Below are positions 1 through 14,042 of a stretch of DNA of 64,000 nucleotides, piece after piece. The notes under the pieces were generated by a model. It was not told the origin of the DNA. It saw only the letters and a program-made list of their open reading frames with translations, and did not search any database. Source of the stretch: the human T2T-CHM13v2.0 reference genome, Homo sapiens. The stretch lies in the NCBI RefSeq assembly GCF_009914755.1, contig NC_060935.1; one strand, 5' to 3'. The position numbers were made by a program, and so were the translations under genes. Position 1 is the first letter of the stretch; each line of letters opens with the position of its first letter.

Positions 1-230
1 ATCTATTCTAATAATTACCGTTCAACATTGTATAAGAGCCATTGCAAAAAGACAAGAAAAATAAATAAAATATACCCACAGTTTGAATGAAAAAGAATAA
101 AATTGTTATTATCCACAGTCTACATTATTATCTATATAAATAATCTAAAAATACTAAAATTTTTTTAAATTTTAGCAACTTTATAGAATTAAAGGCATAC
201 ATTTAAATATGTCTATGCATCAAAATGAAT

Positions 231-515
231 TTTTTTTTTTGAGACGGAATCTCACTCTGTCGCCCAGACTGGAATGCAGTGGTGCAATCTCGGGTCACTG
301 CAAGCTCTGCCCCCTGGGTTCACGCCATTCTCCTGCCTCAGCCTCCCGAGTAGCTAGGATTACAGTTGTGTGCCACCATGCCTGGCTAATTTTTTTGTGT
401 TTTTAGTAGAGACGGGGTTTCACCGTGTTAGCCAGGAAGGTCTTGATCGCCTCGCCTCGCCCGCCTTGGTCTCCCAAAGTGCTGGGATTACAGGAATGAG
501 CCACCACCCCAGGCC
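231..515 (-). mobile_element. Alu SINE (AluY-like)
   Basis: Poly-T then gagacgga...gcaagctctgcc...ttcacgccattc...ttcaccgtgttagccagg (AluY diagnostics). TSD caaaatgaatttt at 221-233 and 516-528. Confidence 0.95.
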
Positions 516-1035
516 CAAAATGAATTTTAATAAGACAATATTATATTCAATAGTTGTTGAAATATGAAACACTTAAAGAAATATTTAAAAGTGTACTAGA
601 ACTTAACAAAAACTACAAAACTTGGCTATCACAAATTAGAGATCTAAATAAATAGGGTGATATACCATGTGCATATACGAGAGCACATAATCTTGTTTAA
701 TCGCTTCTCCCCAAATTCATTTAGAGATTCAGTGAAACCCCAGTAAAATCCTAGCATATTTTCTGGGAGGAAATTGACAAGCTGATTCTAAAATTCATAT
801 GGAAATGCAAAGGCCCTAGAATATCTGGAACAACTCTGAAAGAGAGCAAAGTTGTAAAATATACACTCTCTGAATTCAAAAGCTAATATAGACTATAGTA
901 ATTAAGATCCTGAATATTTACATAAAGATGATAATAATGATCAATATAACAGATTACAGAGTGGGAAAATATGCTCCCAAATATATGGAAAATTGATTTT
1001 GACCAAAGTACCAACACGATTTAATGGAGAAAGAC

Positions 1036-1199
1036 AGCCAAATGCAGTGGCTTATGCCTGTAGTCTCAGCTTGGGAGGCTGAGGTAGGAAGATTCTTTGA
1101 GCCCAGGAGATCAAGGGTATAGTGAACTATGATCACATCACTGCACTCCAGCCTGGGTGAAACTCTGTCTTTAAAAAAAAAAAAAAAGAAAGAAAAAAA
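1036..1199 (+). mobile_element. Free Alu monomer (FRAM/FAM-like) with A tail
   Basis: Single arm: gcctgtagtctcagc...gagcccaggagatcaagggtatagtgaactatgatcacatcactgcactccagcctggg, followed by poly-A. Confidence 0.8.
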
Positions 1200-1618
<419 letters not shown>

Positions 1619-1849
1619 TTAGTCTATGTACAAAAATTAACATGAAATGGATCATCATAGTTAGAAATTTAGTGTTGAAACTAATGTTTTAAAAAGGAAG
1701 CATAAGATAAAATCTCAGTAACCATAAATTTGTCAAAGCTTTCTTAACAATACATAAATTTTAAAATAAAAAATTGGGAAATCCAACTTGGTCAAAATTA
1801 AAACTTTTTTTTTTTTTTACTGTTACCAGTTCCTGGTTTCATTTCATTA

Positions 1850-2536
1850 TGGTGAGAAAGACCAAAATAGATGACTCTTTATCAACTAAAATGGACCATA
1901 AAACTAAAGAAACAAAGTTAACTAGCTGAAGGTTCAGGGCCTAGCTGTCTTGGCAAATTTCTAAATTCCTAAAGTACAAGAAAAACCACTCTCTTGTTAA
2001 ACCCTAATAATAGGCACTATCAGGCAAATTATCAGACCTTTCCTAACTCTGATTTATAACCCAGACTACTACAACTCTGATTGGACAAAGGAATGGCCTT
2101 ACAAACATCTCTTCTGATAAACTACTGCAGACCGTAAGCCAGTTTCAGATGGCTTATAGAGGCTGCACACAAACTCCATGTCTTATAGTTTACCTTTTAT
2201 GTAAAGAGCCAAATTTCACCCCATTATAATGCTAAAACCCCACCCCAAGTGAAAATGAGATGTAAGTTATAGATATAGATGTAAGTTATAGATATAGATA
2301 CGTTATAGATTGCTCACACACTCAGCTCCCCTCATAAATATATATAGCTTTTCCCCCAAACTGGCTGAATATGTATGACTTTACTGTGTGATACCGGCCC
2401 TGCGTGGCATAAAACTCAACATGTCCTTTTTCTCTCTGGCACACTCAAGACTGTCTCTTCTTGGCTTGCAAACCAATATTGTCAATAAAGCTCTCCTCTC
2501 TACTATTTACCCATCCTGGTAGTCTTTTGGATGACA
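1850..2536 (+). mobile_element. ERV1 (MER4-group) solo LTR, MER39-like
   Basis: TG...CA termini. Starts gagaaagaccaaaatagatgactctttatcaactaa. AATAAA at ~2484. Ends catcctggtagtcttttggatgaca. Confidence 0.7.
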
Positions 2537-2579
2537 ATTTCGATCTTCAATATGGAAAGACATTTTGTGGCCTAAGTTT

Positions 2580-3801
2580 TCAGTGAAATTCTAGCAAACT
2601 GAATTAAACACTACATTAAAAGGATTATACATCATGGCCAAATGGGATTTTTCCCTGGCATGTAAGGATAGTTAAACATATGCAAATAAACCAATGTGAT
2701 ACACTACATTAACTACATGAAAGAAAAAAGTGACATGATCATCCCAAAAGACGCAGAAAAAGTATTTCACAAAGTTTAAGATCCATTCATGATTAAAACT
2801 GTTGACAAGTTAGGTATAATAGGAAACTACCTGGAAACAATACAGGCCATAAATCTAATAATCCACAGTTAACATCATAATCAAAGGAGAAAAACTGAAA
2901 GCTTTTCCTCTAAGATCTGGTCCAAGCCAACTCTCACCACTTCTTTCTATTTGACAGTCCTGGAAGTCCCAGCCAGAGTGAGTAGATAAGAAGAAGAAAT
3001 AAATGACATTCAAATATGAAAGAAAGAAAAATAATCTCTGATTCCAGATGACATGATCATACATGTAGAAAACTCTAAAAACTCTACAAAAATCTGTGAG
3101 AACTAAAAATTCAGAAAAGTTGCAGGATACAAAATCAACATGCATAAATCAATTGTCTATACAAACATAAACTATACACAACCAACAAACTATCCACAAA
3201 GGGCATTCAGAAAGCAGTCATATTTACAATAGCAACAAAAAGAGTAAAGTACTTAGGAATAAACTTAACCAGGAGATAAGATAAAAGACTTGTACGTTAA
3301 AAACCATAAAACATTGATGAAAGAAATTAAAGACACAGATATATGGAAATATATCCTGTGTTCACAGATGGGAAAAATTAATATCATTAGCATGTTTATG
3401 TTATCCAAAGTCATCTACAGATTCAATGAAATCTCTATCAAAATATCAATGGCAGTTTTTACAGAAATACAAAACAACAAATCTAAAATTTATATGGTAA
3501 CACAGAAGGCCCTAAATAAAAAAAGCAGTCTTGAGCAAAAAGAATAAAACTGGAAGCTCCACACTACCCGATTTCAAAATATTCAAAGCTAGAATACTCA
3601 GACAGCAGAGAACCTACATAAACCAAAAACATATAGGCCAATGGAACAATATAGAGAACCAAGAAATAAATCCACACATCTACAGTCAACTGATCTTCAA
3701 TAACAGTGTCCAGAACACGCAACAAAGAAAGGATAGTCTCTTCAATAAATGGTGCTAGGAAAACTGGATAACCACATGCAGAATACCCATATTTCATACC
3801 A
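2580..3801 (+). mobile_element. L1 (L1MA/MB-type) ORF2 fragment, RT and downstream region
   Basis: ORF track 3290-3547 and 3531-3758 give L1 ORF2-like peptides (TLMKEIKDT..W..I.CS..GKINII; LPDFK; SQLIF; DSLFNKWC). Broken by stops and frameshifts. Confidence 0.9.
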
Positions 3802-3802
3802 T

Positions 3803-4246
3803 TGTCAATCTTAAATAATAAGTTTCAGAAAAATATATTAACTATAGAGTTTATATGAGTGCAAAGCTTGAGGATGGCAACCCATTAAAAAAACCTAATC
3901 AAATACGGTCAGTATTACAAAGAGGAGAAGCTAAGCATTCACTTGTATAGGCAGAGAGAGAAGTTTTAGCAGTATTACAACATTTTTCATACAACACCAA
4001 TATATACATTACAACAATTTGGTTACAGATTGCTATGTTCCAAGGAAGATTACTTTATTATTCCTTGAGGAAAGGTAAAGGTCTAAGGGGGTCTTATCTT
4101 GCGTTTGACTTGATCTTCCTAATTATTTACAGGAGAAAAACAGGTAGAAGTTACAGCTGCATGCCAAATGACTCAGGCTATACAGACCTATTCCTTTTAA
4201 GGCTTGGGATAATTTAAAGTTGCAATCGCTTTGGAAAGTGTTATCA
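3803..4246 (-). mobile_element. ERV1 MER4-group LTR (3' LTR of a broken provirus)
   Basis: Begins tgtcaatcttaaataat...agagtttatatgagtgcaaagcttgaggatgg, typical of the reverse strand of MER4-group LTR ends. Abuts an integrase-like remnant. Inner boundary approximate. Confidence 0.6.
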
Positions 4247-4820
4247 ATAGGCTAATGATGCACGTCATGCTTAGCCTACTGTTAAACACCAATAACTGTT
4301 CTTGAGAAAAAGTTATCTATTTCTGATATTCTATTTAATCCTGTCCTTAGAAAGAATATACCCACCATCATAGGCCAGAACCACTGGAAAGTGGCATGAG
4401 GCCCCATAACCAACAAGTGTTTTTCTGTAATTTATCAGCATAGTCTTGAGTCCATTGCAAAGAGGTTTGCTTCATGGGCAACGGCTGGTGACAGTAATAA
4501 CAAAACATAAGAACTCAACATGAAAAGAAAAAAAAAGTCAGTAGGAACCTGAAAAGGAAGACTTTCTCTATCTGTTAACAATTATTAATATTAAGTGTTC
4601 ATTTAAATACAGGCCTGGTCTGGTGTTTTGAGAAAGCTGACTACCTAAGATACTGTCTTTTTCTCAGCCTTGTTGGTTCTGGAGAATTTCAATTTTAGAT
4701 CACCCATTTGAGATAAAGTCCAAATTGGTGAAACACCTTTCTTTAAATGGGTGATGTGTATTCAGGAGCTTATTCCTTTTAGCTTAGTGACACAAGGGTT
4801 GGTTAGAAGAATCTAATAAC
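4247..4820 (-). mobile_element. ERV1 internal remnant including degenerate integrase C-terminus
   Basis: Minus strand of ~4741-4818 translates to Y*ILLTNPCVTKLKGISS*IHITHLK, resembling the gammaretroviral integrase C-terminal motif (GPYxVLLTxPxAxKxxGxxxWIHxxHxK). Confidence 0.7.
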
Positions 4821-7800
4821 GTTCACATGCCTGTTCATGTTCTTTGCCCACTTTTTATGATGCTGTTTTTTTTTTTTTTGTAAATTTGTTTAATTTACTT
4901 ATAGATGCTGGGTATTAGGCCCTTGTCAGATGCATGGATTGCAAACATTGTCTCCCATTCTGTAGGTTTTCTTCAATCTGATGATAGTTTATTTTGCTGT
5001 GAAGAAGCTCTTTAGTTTAATTAGATCTTATTTGTCAATTTTTGCTTTTTTTGCAATTGTTATTTATATCTTTGTCATGAAATCTTTGCCTGTGCCTATG
5101 TTCTGAATGATATTACCTAGGTTGTCTTTCAGGATTTTATATTTTGGGGTTTTACATAATTTACATCTTTAATCCATCTTCAGTTAATTTTTTATGTGAT
5201 ATAAGCAAGATTTCAAGTTTCAATCTTCATATGGCTTTTCATAGTAGTTTCTGATGGTTATTTTTATTTCTGTGGGGTCAGTGGTATCATTCCCTTTGTC
5301 ATTTCTAGATGTATTTTTTTGGATTTTCTCTTTTATCTTCTTTTTTAGTCTAGCTAGCAAACCCATTTATTTTATTCAACATTTTTTTAAATGGATTCAT
5401 TGATCTTTTGAATGGATTTTTATGCTCAATTTCCTTCAATTCAGCTCGAATTTTGGTTATTTTTTGTCTTCTGCTAGGTTTTGGGTTGATTTGTTTTTGA
5501 TTCTCTAATGTTTTCAGTTGTAATTTTAGGTTGTTAATTTGAAGTATTTCTATTTTTTTCATGCGGACATTTAGTGCTACAAATTTCACTGTTAAAACTG
5601 CTTTAAAGTTTTCTGCTACAGATTCTGGTATGTTGTATTTTTGTTCTCATTAGTTTCAAAGAACTTCTTGATTTCTGCCTTAATTTGACTATCCAAAACT
5701 CATTCAGGAGCATGTTGTTTAATTTCCATGTAATTGTATTCTTTTCAACGAGTTTCTTAGTCTTGACTTCTATTCTTATTGCATCATTGTCTGAGAGTGG
5801 GTTTGGTATGATTTCAGCCCTATTGTATTTGCTGAGGATTGTTTTATGTGCAATTATGTGGTTGACTTTAGAGTATGTGCAATGTGACAATGAGTAAAAA
5901 GATGTATATTCTTTTGTTAGGGCAAAGATTTCTGTAGAGATCTATCAGATTCATTTGGTCTAATGTTGACTTTAGGTCTTAAATATCTTTGTGAATGTTC
6001 AGCCTCAATAATCTGTCTAATACTGTCAGTGGAGTATTGAAGTCTCCCACTATTATTGTGTGGGAGTCTATGTCTCTTCTTAAGTCTCTAAGAACTTTCT
6101 TTATAATCTGGGTTATCCTGTGTTGGGTGCATATATATTTAGGACAGTTAGGTCTTTGTTGAATTGAGCCCTTTACCACTATGTAATACTCTTCTTTATC
6201 TTATTTTATCTTTGTTGGTTTAAAGTTGGTTTTGTCTGAAATTAGGATTGCAGCCCCTGCTTTTTTCTGATTTCCATTTGCTTGGTAGATTTTCCTCCAT
6301 CCCTTTATTTGTAGCCCATAAGTGTCATTTCCTGTGACATAGGTCTCTTGAAGACAGAATACTATTGGATCTTGCTCTTTTAATTCAGCTTGTCACTCTG
6401 TGCCTGTTAAGTCGGATATTTTACTCAATTACATTCAAGGTTAATATTGATATGTATGGATTTGATTCTGTCATTGTGTTGCTATCTGGTTATTGTGCTG
6501 GCTTGTGTGGTTGCTTATAGTGTCACTGGTATGTGTATTTATGTGTGTTTTAGCATCAGCTGGTAGCAGTCTTTCCTTTTTATATTTAGTGCTCCTTTAA
6601 AAATCTCTTGTAAGACAGGTCTGGTGGTAACAAACTCCCTCAACATTTGCTTATCTGAAAAGGATCTTATTTGTCCTTTGCATAGTTTGGCTTGATATGA
6701 AATTCTTGGTTGAAGATTTTTATTTTTTTAATATTTAATGTAGGCCCTCATTCTCTTCTTGCTTCTAGAATTTCAGATAAAAGGTATGCTGTTAGCCTGA
6801 CAGCTTTCCCTTTGTAGGTTACCTACTCTTTATTTCTAGCTTCCTTTAACATTCTTTCTTTTATTTTGACCCTGAAAAATCTGATGATTATGTGTGTTGG
6901 GGATATTCTTCTTGTGTAGAATCTTGCAGGGGTTCTCTGTATTTCCTGAATTTTACTCTTGGCCTCTCTAGCAAGGTCGTGGAAGTTTTCATAGATGACA
7001 TCCTGAAATATGTTTTCCAATTTGTTTACTTTCTCCCCTTCTCTTTCACAGATGCAAATGGTTTGTAAAGTTGGCTTCTTTACATAATCACGTACTTCTT
7101 GAAGGTTTATTCATTCCTTTTCATTCTTTTTTTAAAAAATTTTGTCTGACTCTTACTTCAGAGATGCAGTCCTCATGTTCTTAGATACCTTTCTTAGCTT
7201 GGTCTATTCTGCTGTTAATACTTGTGAACGTATTGTGAAATTTTTGTATTGTGATTTTTAGCTCTGTCAAATCCATTAGGTTCCTTTTTATACTGGCTAT
7301 TTCATCTTTTACCTTCTGTATTATTTTATTGTGTTTCTTAGTTTTCTTGAATTGGGTTTTGCCATTCTCCTGAATCTCAGTGATCTTCATTCCTATTCAT
7401 ACTCTAAATTATTTTTCTGTCATTTCAGCCAGCTCAGCCTGGTTAAGAACTCTTTTTGGAGAACTAGAGCAGTAGTTTGGAGGACATCAACATTCTAGCC
7501 ATTTGAGTTACTGGAGTTTTTGCATTGGCTGTTTCTCATCACTGCATGTGAGTGTTAATTTAACTGCAGTGTAGATTGAGTATAGTCAATAGACTTCTTT
7601 TCTGGATATTTTCACAGGGCCAAGGCTTTGTTCAGTGACTTTATTTGAAGCTGATTTCTTGTCTTGAATTTCACAGGAAAGGATTTTAGGGAAGTATTTT
7701 TGGTGTGGAAGCTTTAGGGTGTGATCCAGTAGGTGGCACTTAGGTGTACTGGTGAGTTGGTAAACTCTTGCTCAGTTGTGTGGCTCCCCTATATTTTCTC

Positions 7801-9441
7801 ACAGTTTCAGCCATGTTTTCTCTCAATGCTCTCAAAGTGTGGGTTCCTCTCCTCCTTGAGTGCTGCCTGTAGATCATGGTTTGGTGCTTCTTGGCTGCCC
7901 ACTGCCCACCTTGGAGGAGAAAGGGACCTTAGTAGTCCTTGTGGCCAAAGGTCTTTTGCTTGTCTCCTGGAGTTTCCACCTAAGAGAGATAAATGTCCAT
8001 AATCACTCAGTCCAATCAGTCCAAATGGAAAGCCTGTGCTGTGGGCCCAAGCCAGGGATTCCCTGTCTGGTGATGAGTTGTGGTTTGGGGGGACAGTGAG
8101 TGGGACCCATGGGAGAGTGACTGGCCTCCTCTCCTTGGGTCAACTGCAGCTTGTTAAGGGTATGGATAAGGCACTTCGAGTCTTTGCTGTTTCATTAATC
8201 CAAAGATAACAAGGGCAGTTCCACTACAGAGGCAGTGACAGAGATGCTTTCAGTTGCCTCTGGCTGCTCTGTCCAAAGCTGATACTAGCTCAATAGCCCT
8301 AGAAAGCATTGGCTTGAGGCCTAGGCCTGGAGGATCTACCCAGTTAGGAGACATGAGAATGGGCACCCACGGAACAGTGTGGCAACTTTTCTATAGGGCT
8401 GCTGTGGTATGCTGGTGGTCCACTCCATTTTCTAGTCACTGTGGATTTTCCAGTATCTGGAGGTATCAACAGCGAAGACTGCAAAACAGCAAAGATGGTG
8501 GTCTTCCACTTCCCAACACTGAAGGCTGAAAACAGCAAACATGGAACTCCACCCCAGGGAGGTATGGACATGTTGCCGGGCCAAATGCCCCTATAGGAGG
8601 TTGCTTGGGATCCTGGTTGGGAGGTCCCACCCAGTGAGGAAGAACAATACTGGGGACCCACTTAAAAGAGTAGTCTTGCCATATTTTCACAGAGCAGTTG
8701 TGCTGTAATGGGGGTCTGCCTCAGCCCCTGGTCACCTCAGACTCCCCCAAGCCCAAAGGTTAAAATGGCTAAGTTGGCTAAACTTCAAAGATGGCAGCCC
8801 ACCTCTCCATCTGGAAGCTCTGTCTCAGGGAGGTGTAAGGCTGCTATGGGTGGCTGGCTGGAGTTTCAAGCCAGTGGGTTTTATCCTATGAGGTGCCATG
8901 GAAGCAGGGCCTGCAGGCTGTTGCTGCTCAGCTCCCTGGATTCAGCCCTTTTTCTAGGAATTTGTACAGGAATCTAACCTCCTGCTTTGCCAGAGTTGTA
9001 GCTGCTTTTGCAGGGAAGCCCTGAAACCCCAGGTATCTAAGGTTCCCAGGTCTCTGCGTATGCCTGAATGGCTACTCTGCTGAGACTCCATGTAGCTCTG
9101 TGTGTCAGACTGAAGGCCCTGGTGGAGTGAGTTGGTGAGAGGATCTCCTGACCCAAGGGTTGCAAAGATTCATGGGAGAAGCATGAGTTCCCAGGGTCAC
9201 ACATTCATTTACCACTTCCCTGAGCAGGGGAGATTCCTTTGGCTCTGTGTCACTCCTGCATGGGTTATTGTCCTGCCTTGCCTTTTCTCTATTCCTAGTG
9301 GGTCAAGTTGTTTTCTTGATTAGTCCCAATGTTTGTACCTGGATGTTTCAGTTGGAAAAACTGTATTTATTTCCCCTTCCATTCCAGTCCATAAGACCAG
9401 TGCACACTAGCTGCTTCTAGTTGGCCATCTTGGACACCCCC
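4821..9441 (-). mobile_element. L1 (L1PA13-16/L1PREC2-type) with intact 5'UTR, degenerate ORF1 and ORF2, an internal deletion near 5240, and no 3'UTR or poly-A
   Basis: 5' end gggggtgtccaagatggccaactagaagcagctagtgtgc on the minus strand. ORF1 remnants at 6823-7390 (ENIFQDVI.ENF.DLARE). Endonuclease motif TIIVGDFNTPL at 5979-6179. Confidence 0.92.
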
Positions 9442-10000
9442 ACCAGGTTGGTTTTTAAACTATGTAAAGGCAGCCTCTGAAATTAACCTTAGCCTCCCTG
9501 AATGCTTTGTAAAGTGTAATTTTCAAAATTTATAATCTACCCTTGAAAAATTGCTACATATACCCAGATTTTATCTTTCACTATGCTCTATTAATTTTAG
9601 AGTGAATTTCTATTCTGTTAGCCAATCTTGCTTTTTCTACAAAACAACAAAAAATTATGCCATTACATATCATACATTCATCCAAACCACAAAAATACTT
9701 ATAATAAATATAATTGTATAATATTATTTATTATAATAAATATAATTGTAACTGTAATTAACTTCTATTTTAGTCAGAAAACACAGAGAAAAGTCATATA
9801 AACTTTGTCATATACACAAATTTTAATGAAAAAAGCAAAGTTTATGAAAAGAAATAACTTTTTTACAACTATCTTCCCTTTTCATCATCTTATATTGACA
9901 AAAATTAACATCTAAATTAACATGCCTCAAATAACATATGAGAAGCAAAGGCATTCAAAATCAAAATTTTGCTTGGTAATCCATGTTTCAATATTTCATT
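9442..10000 (-). mobile_element. Continuation of ERV1 MER4-group internal sequence
   Basis: Minus strand reads ...aac caa cct ggt (NQPG, the integrase QPGD motif) at the L1 junction, and the adjoining AT-rich sequence resembles MER4-group internal regions. Distal end uncertain. Confidence 0.5.
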
Positions 10001-11582
10001 TTACATAAGAATTGTGTAAGTTTATTAATTATCCTATGGATTGCTGTCCAATAATTGTTATCCAATAATTATCCATTAATTATCCTACAATTTTTTCCTT
10101 TAGTTTATCTGAGGATCTTGGGAATTACGCTCAAATTTACAAAATACAAATCATAATTACTGTTTAAAAGCATTGACAGGAATATGATCCAATATAATAG
10201 ATCACAAATTTATGATTCCGTATTTCTAAATGTTATGAATGTATAACCTTAGCTTATTTTATCAGTAAACCAGTATAAAATATTTAGGATTAATTAGGCA
10301 AACAAACAGCATAGTTTCATTACATTTGTCAGGTTAGTCCATGTGGGTATCTTGTTTGATCCTTTAAAACTGCAAAAATATAATTTTCAAAAGATAAATT
10401 ACATCCTATTTTCAACTGTAAAATGCCATTTGCCAAATCTTTTATTCAGTACGTTAATTAATGAGGAAGGAAGATGTTAAAATTGATTGAAAGATCATTT
10501 GAGGGCTTACATATTTATAGAAAATATAATAGTGGTATGTTAAGTTTCCTAGATTAATTTCAAAACTGACTTAATGTCGTGTTAAGCAATAATTCTCAAT
10601 ATTTAAGTTAACTTTTCTACTATGCATAAATTATTTGAATTTTAACCTGAACATTTATGTAATTTAATAATAACTTTACTAAGTCTAGCAGCTTCTTGCA
10701 ATAGTACACAGTGACTCAAACACATTTCCTTAGAAAATTCTTAGATGGATTTGAATTATCATGTGACATTAAAATTACATCACCCAACTTTTGCCTTATT
10801 TCTATGTTTTGGATTATTTTCCTAAAAATTTCCAAAGATTAAATGATCTGAAGAATAGTTACTATTCGAAAAAAGTAAGATAGCTATGTTTGATAATGTT
10901 TTAAAAATTAAAAGAAAAGATGGAAATGTTGCCAATACATAAAATCCTATTCTCATATCTTTGTCCTCAGTTAGGATCATTTATGGACTGGACATTCTTT
11001 TTCACAAGATGAACATGGTTGACACCTAATATAGTAGTAACACTTTCTACTTGATTATGACTCTGTGTCTATGTTTCCTTTACATCCATATTCAGAGAGT
11101 TGGAAAGTTAGAGTTAGGTTTAAGAGTATGTTTCAAATCAGAAATATTTAGGGCTACTAGAAAAGTTTCACGCTGGGGCAAGTTTCCCCTAAGATGATCC
11201 ATTAGGGTCTGACACTATCTGGTACATCTCCTTCAAATTCCTGCTTGGAAGCAGCTGCATGTGTATGTGGTGGGAGCAGGGTAGACTCAACTGCAATAAT
11301 CTGGGATTTTAGGAATGCTCTTCTTGTTAGCTCATACAGAACAGTATTAATATATTTGCATTTTATTATATATTGTAGGTCAAATTATACTTACTATCTC
11401 AATATTATATTTGTGAATATGACTTTCACTTCTTTTTCAATAATAGGTTATATCTTTACATAACAGCAGAAAACTCCCAATAAATAGGATTAACATCTCT
11501 TTTTCCATTGTCAGATAACCATAAACAGAAATTTAAGAGCTAGCTTACATAATACTAAATATGGCTACAATTGTCAAATATC

Positions 11583-11891
11583 AGCCAGGTGTGTGGATTC
11601 ATGCCTGTAATGCCAGCATTTGGGAAGCCGAGGTGGGTGGATCACTTGAGGTCAGAAGTCCAAAATCAGCCTGGCCAACATGGTGAAACCCCATCTCTAC
11701 TAAAAGTAAAATAATAATAATAATTAGCTGGGCGTGGTGGCACACATCTGTAATCCCAGCTACTTGGGATTGCCCACTATGTAAATTAGAATCACTTAAA
11801 CCCGGGAGATACAGGTTGCAGTGAGCCAGTATTGCGCCACTGTACTCCAGTGTCGGCAACAAAGGAAGATTTTGTTTCAAAAAAAAGAAAA
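11583..11891 (+). mobile_element. Alu SINE (AluS, Sx/Sz-like)
   Basis: Dimeric Alu. TSD aattgtcaaatatc (11569-11582) and aattatcaaatatc (11892-11905). Confidence 0.95.
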
Positions 11892-12605
11892 AATTATCAA
11901 ATATCTTCTAACATTAATATGCTAGCAATCTAACCAAATAAATAATATTATTACTGAAACTGTAATAATATACTCTTACATTAACACTATAATTTTAAGA
12001 TATACATCTTAAATATATATAAGATATATATATAAATATATCAAATTTTATTCTCACAAAAATTACATGAAGTAGTTGAAATAGGTAGTACTAACTGATT
12101 TAATGCGTACGAATGCAATAATAATAAGAATTCTGTTTTAAATTCATATGTTTAGTTTCCAAACTAGGTTGCTTATCTGCCTTTGAAACTCGTAAGTTAT
12201 AACAATAATGTGATAAGATTGACTTCACAAAATATGCATGATGTCTCAAAATATTTTAGACTAATTTAGGTTGCATTTGGGTAATTCTACAGTATTTGTG
12301 GAAAGTAAAACTTACATACTCATGCAATTTTATTATTTCTGTTTATACTCCCCATATAAGTGAGCAATAAAATAAATATCAACAGTGGAAAAGCCTTAGA
12401 TCTTGGGGTAGGATTAGAACACATAAGAAGTATAGCTGTTTATTATTAAATAAGATTGTAGGCACACCAAGATTTTTAATGTAAGTTTTGTTGGACAGGT
12501 CTTACTGTATTTTAGTTCTGCACAAATTATTATTTCAGGGAAATAAAACCCCAAATAGAAGATGGCTCATATTCAGGCATGTCATTATTGTTCAAAGATT
12601 TAGGT

Positions 12606-12803
12606 CAGAAGTCAACAAATTACAGCTGAAGAGCCAATTCTAACTCTGACATATTAATTTTAAAATAAAGTTTTATTGAAGCATGACCATGCTTATCCAT
12701 TTCCATATTCTCTATGAGTACTTTATCACTACAATTATAAGAAGCCATATGACTGGCAAGCCAATTTATCTGACCCTTTACCACAAATACCTGTTGATAT
12801 CTT
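12606..12803 (+). mobile_element. MER58A-like hAT-Charlie DNA transposon (non-autonomous)
   Basis: cagaagtcaacaaattacagc...aaataaagttttattgaagcatgaccatgc...atctgaccctttac follows the MER58A consensus order. Confidence 0.75.
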
Positions 12804-14042
12804 TTATAGCAGAAAACATGTTGCTATTTTTATTATTTATATTTTAGTGAATACATACATAATATTAGGTGGGAAACAAATTTTTGAATTTAAAATATCA
12901 TGTAATTTTTATACATTTTATGCTTGTTGCTAATTCTATCTCACTATTGGCCTCAAATCTCTCAGGGTATGCATTTTTACCTCTCTATTCTCTTATCAGT
13001 GTGCCTATATATAATAATTGGATACGTCTTAGGATATGTTGATGTTTCACACAATACAGCTGATGAATGATTCATTTCTTAAGAAGGAAGTCAAAGTTAA
13101 TACATCTCATTGTAAAATGTATGTCACTCTAAGATACTCAATTTTGGTCACTTAGCCAAGGTAAACTTGGTGTTGCTTTATATTATTTACAGAGTTCAAA
13201 TTCAATAAGAAATCTCATGTGATCCACGAGTAAGCACCAGTGAAATGATCTTACTATTATTTTTATCTTTTCTACAGAAACTAGCTTGATAATAGAAACA
13301 TTCTAGGTATATACAGAGATAAAACAAAGTGCCCGCGGGAACAACTCAGAAGCACACTTTTCTTACATTTCACTCTGTGGTACTGCTCTAGGATTTAGAC
13401 ATGACTGTGATCAGAACAATTATGTGTCAAGGATGTGTACTTTTACTATCTTATAGAATATTCTGTAGACTTTATACACACGTACTGTTTATAATAAAAA
13501 GCCAACCCAGAATTAATGCCAATATCAAATTGAACTATCAACCATAAAAGAAAAGTGAAAGTGTAACTTTAACAGTTATAATGACAAAAATCATAAGAGA
13601 AAATTTGCAATGTAACTTTTACAATCTAGAGACTTTCTTTCTTGGTATAAGAACCTCTAGAACTTTGCAATGGAGTTTCAGAAAAAGGCTTATTTTCTAT
13701 TCATCCAGGACAAGGCATTCCAGAACAAAAACTAATTAAAAATGCTACACCAACACAATTTCTTCTCCATTCCTATTCATTTAGTGTTAACTGGAAATGA
13801 ATAATTTCAATGCTAATAAACTATAATGATTTATTCCTATCAACTCTATCTTAATGTTGCTTTCAAAATTACTGATGATAAAATTTGCCCAAAATGACCT
13901 GTAATAAGAACCAATTATAATTGCCAGTTCATTATATTATGCATAACAGAGCATACCACATTTTTTACTGAAACAGAAAAGACAGAAAAATCTATTGTCT
14001 TTACTATTATTCATGAAAATTACCACTATGTAAATGATATCA

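Noticed and set aside
8330-8830. Repeated motifs (aaaacagcaaagatgg; ggag..tc..cccagt.agg) in a GC-richer block
   Set aside because: Tandem units within the L1PA13-16-type 5'UTR.
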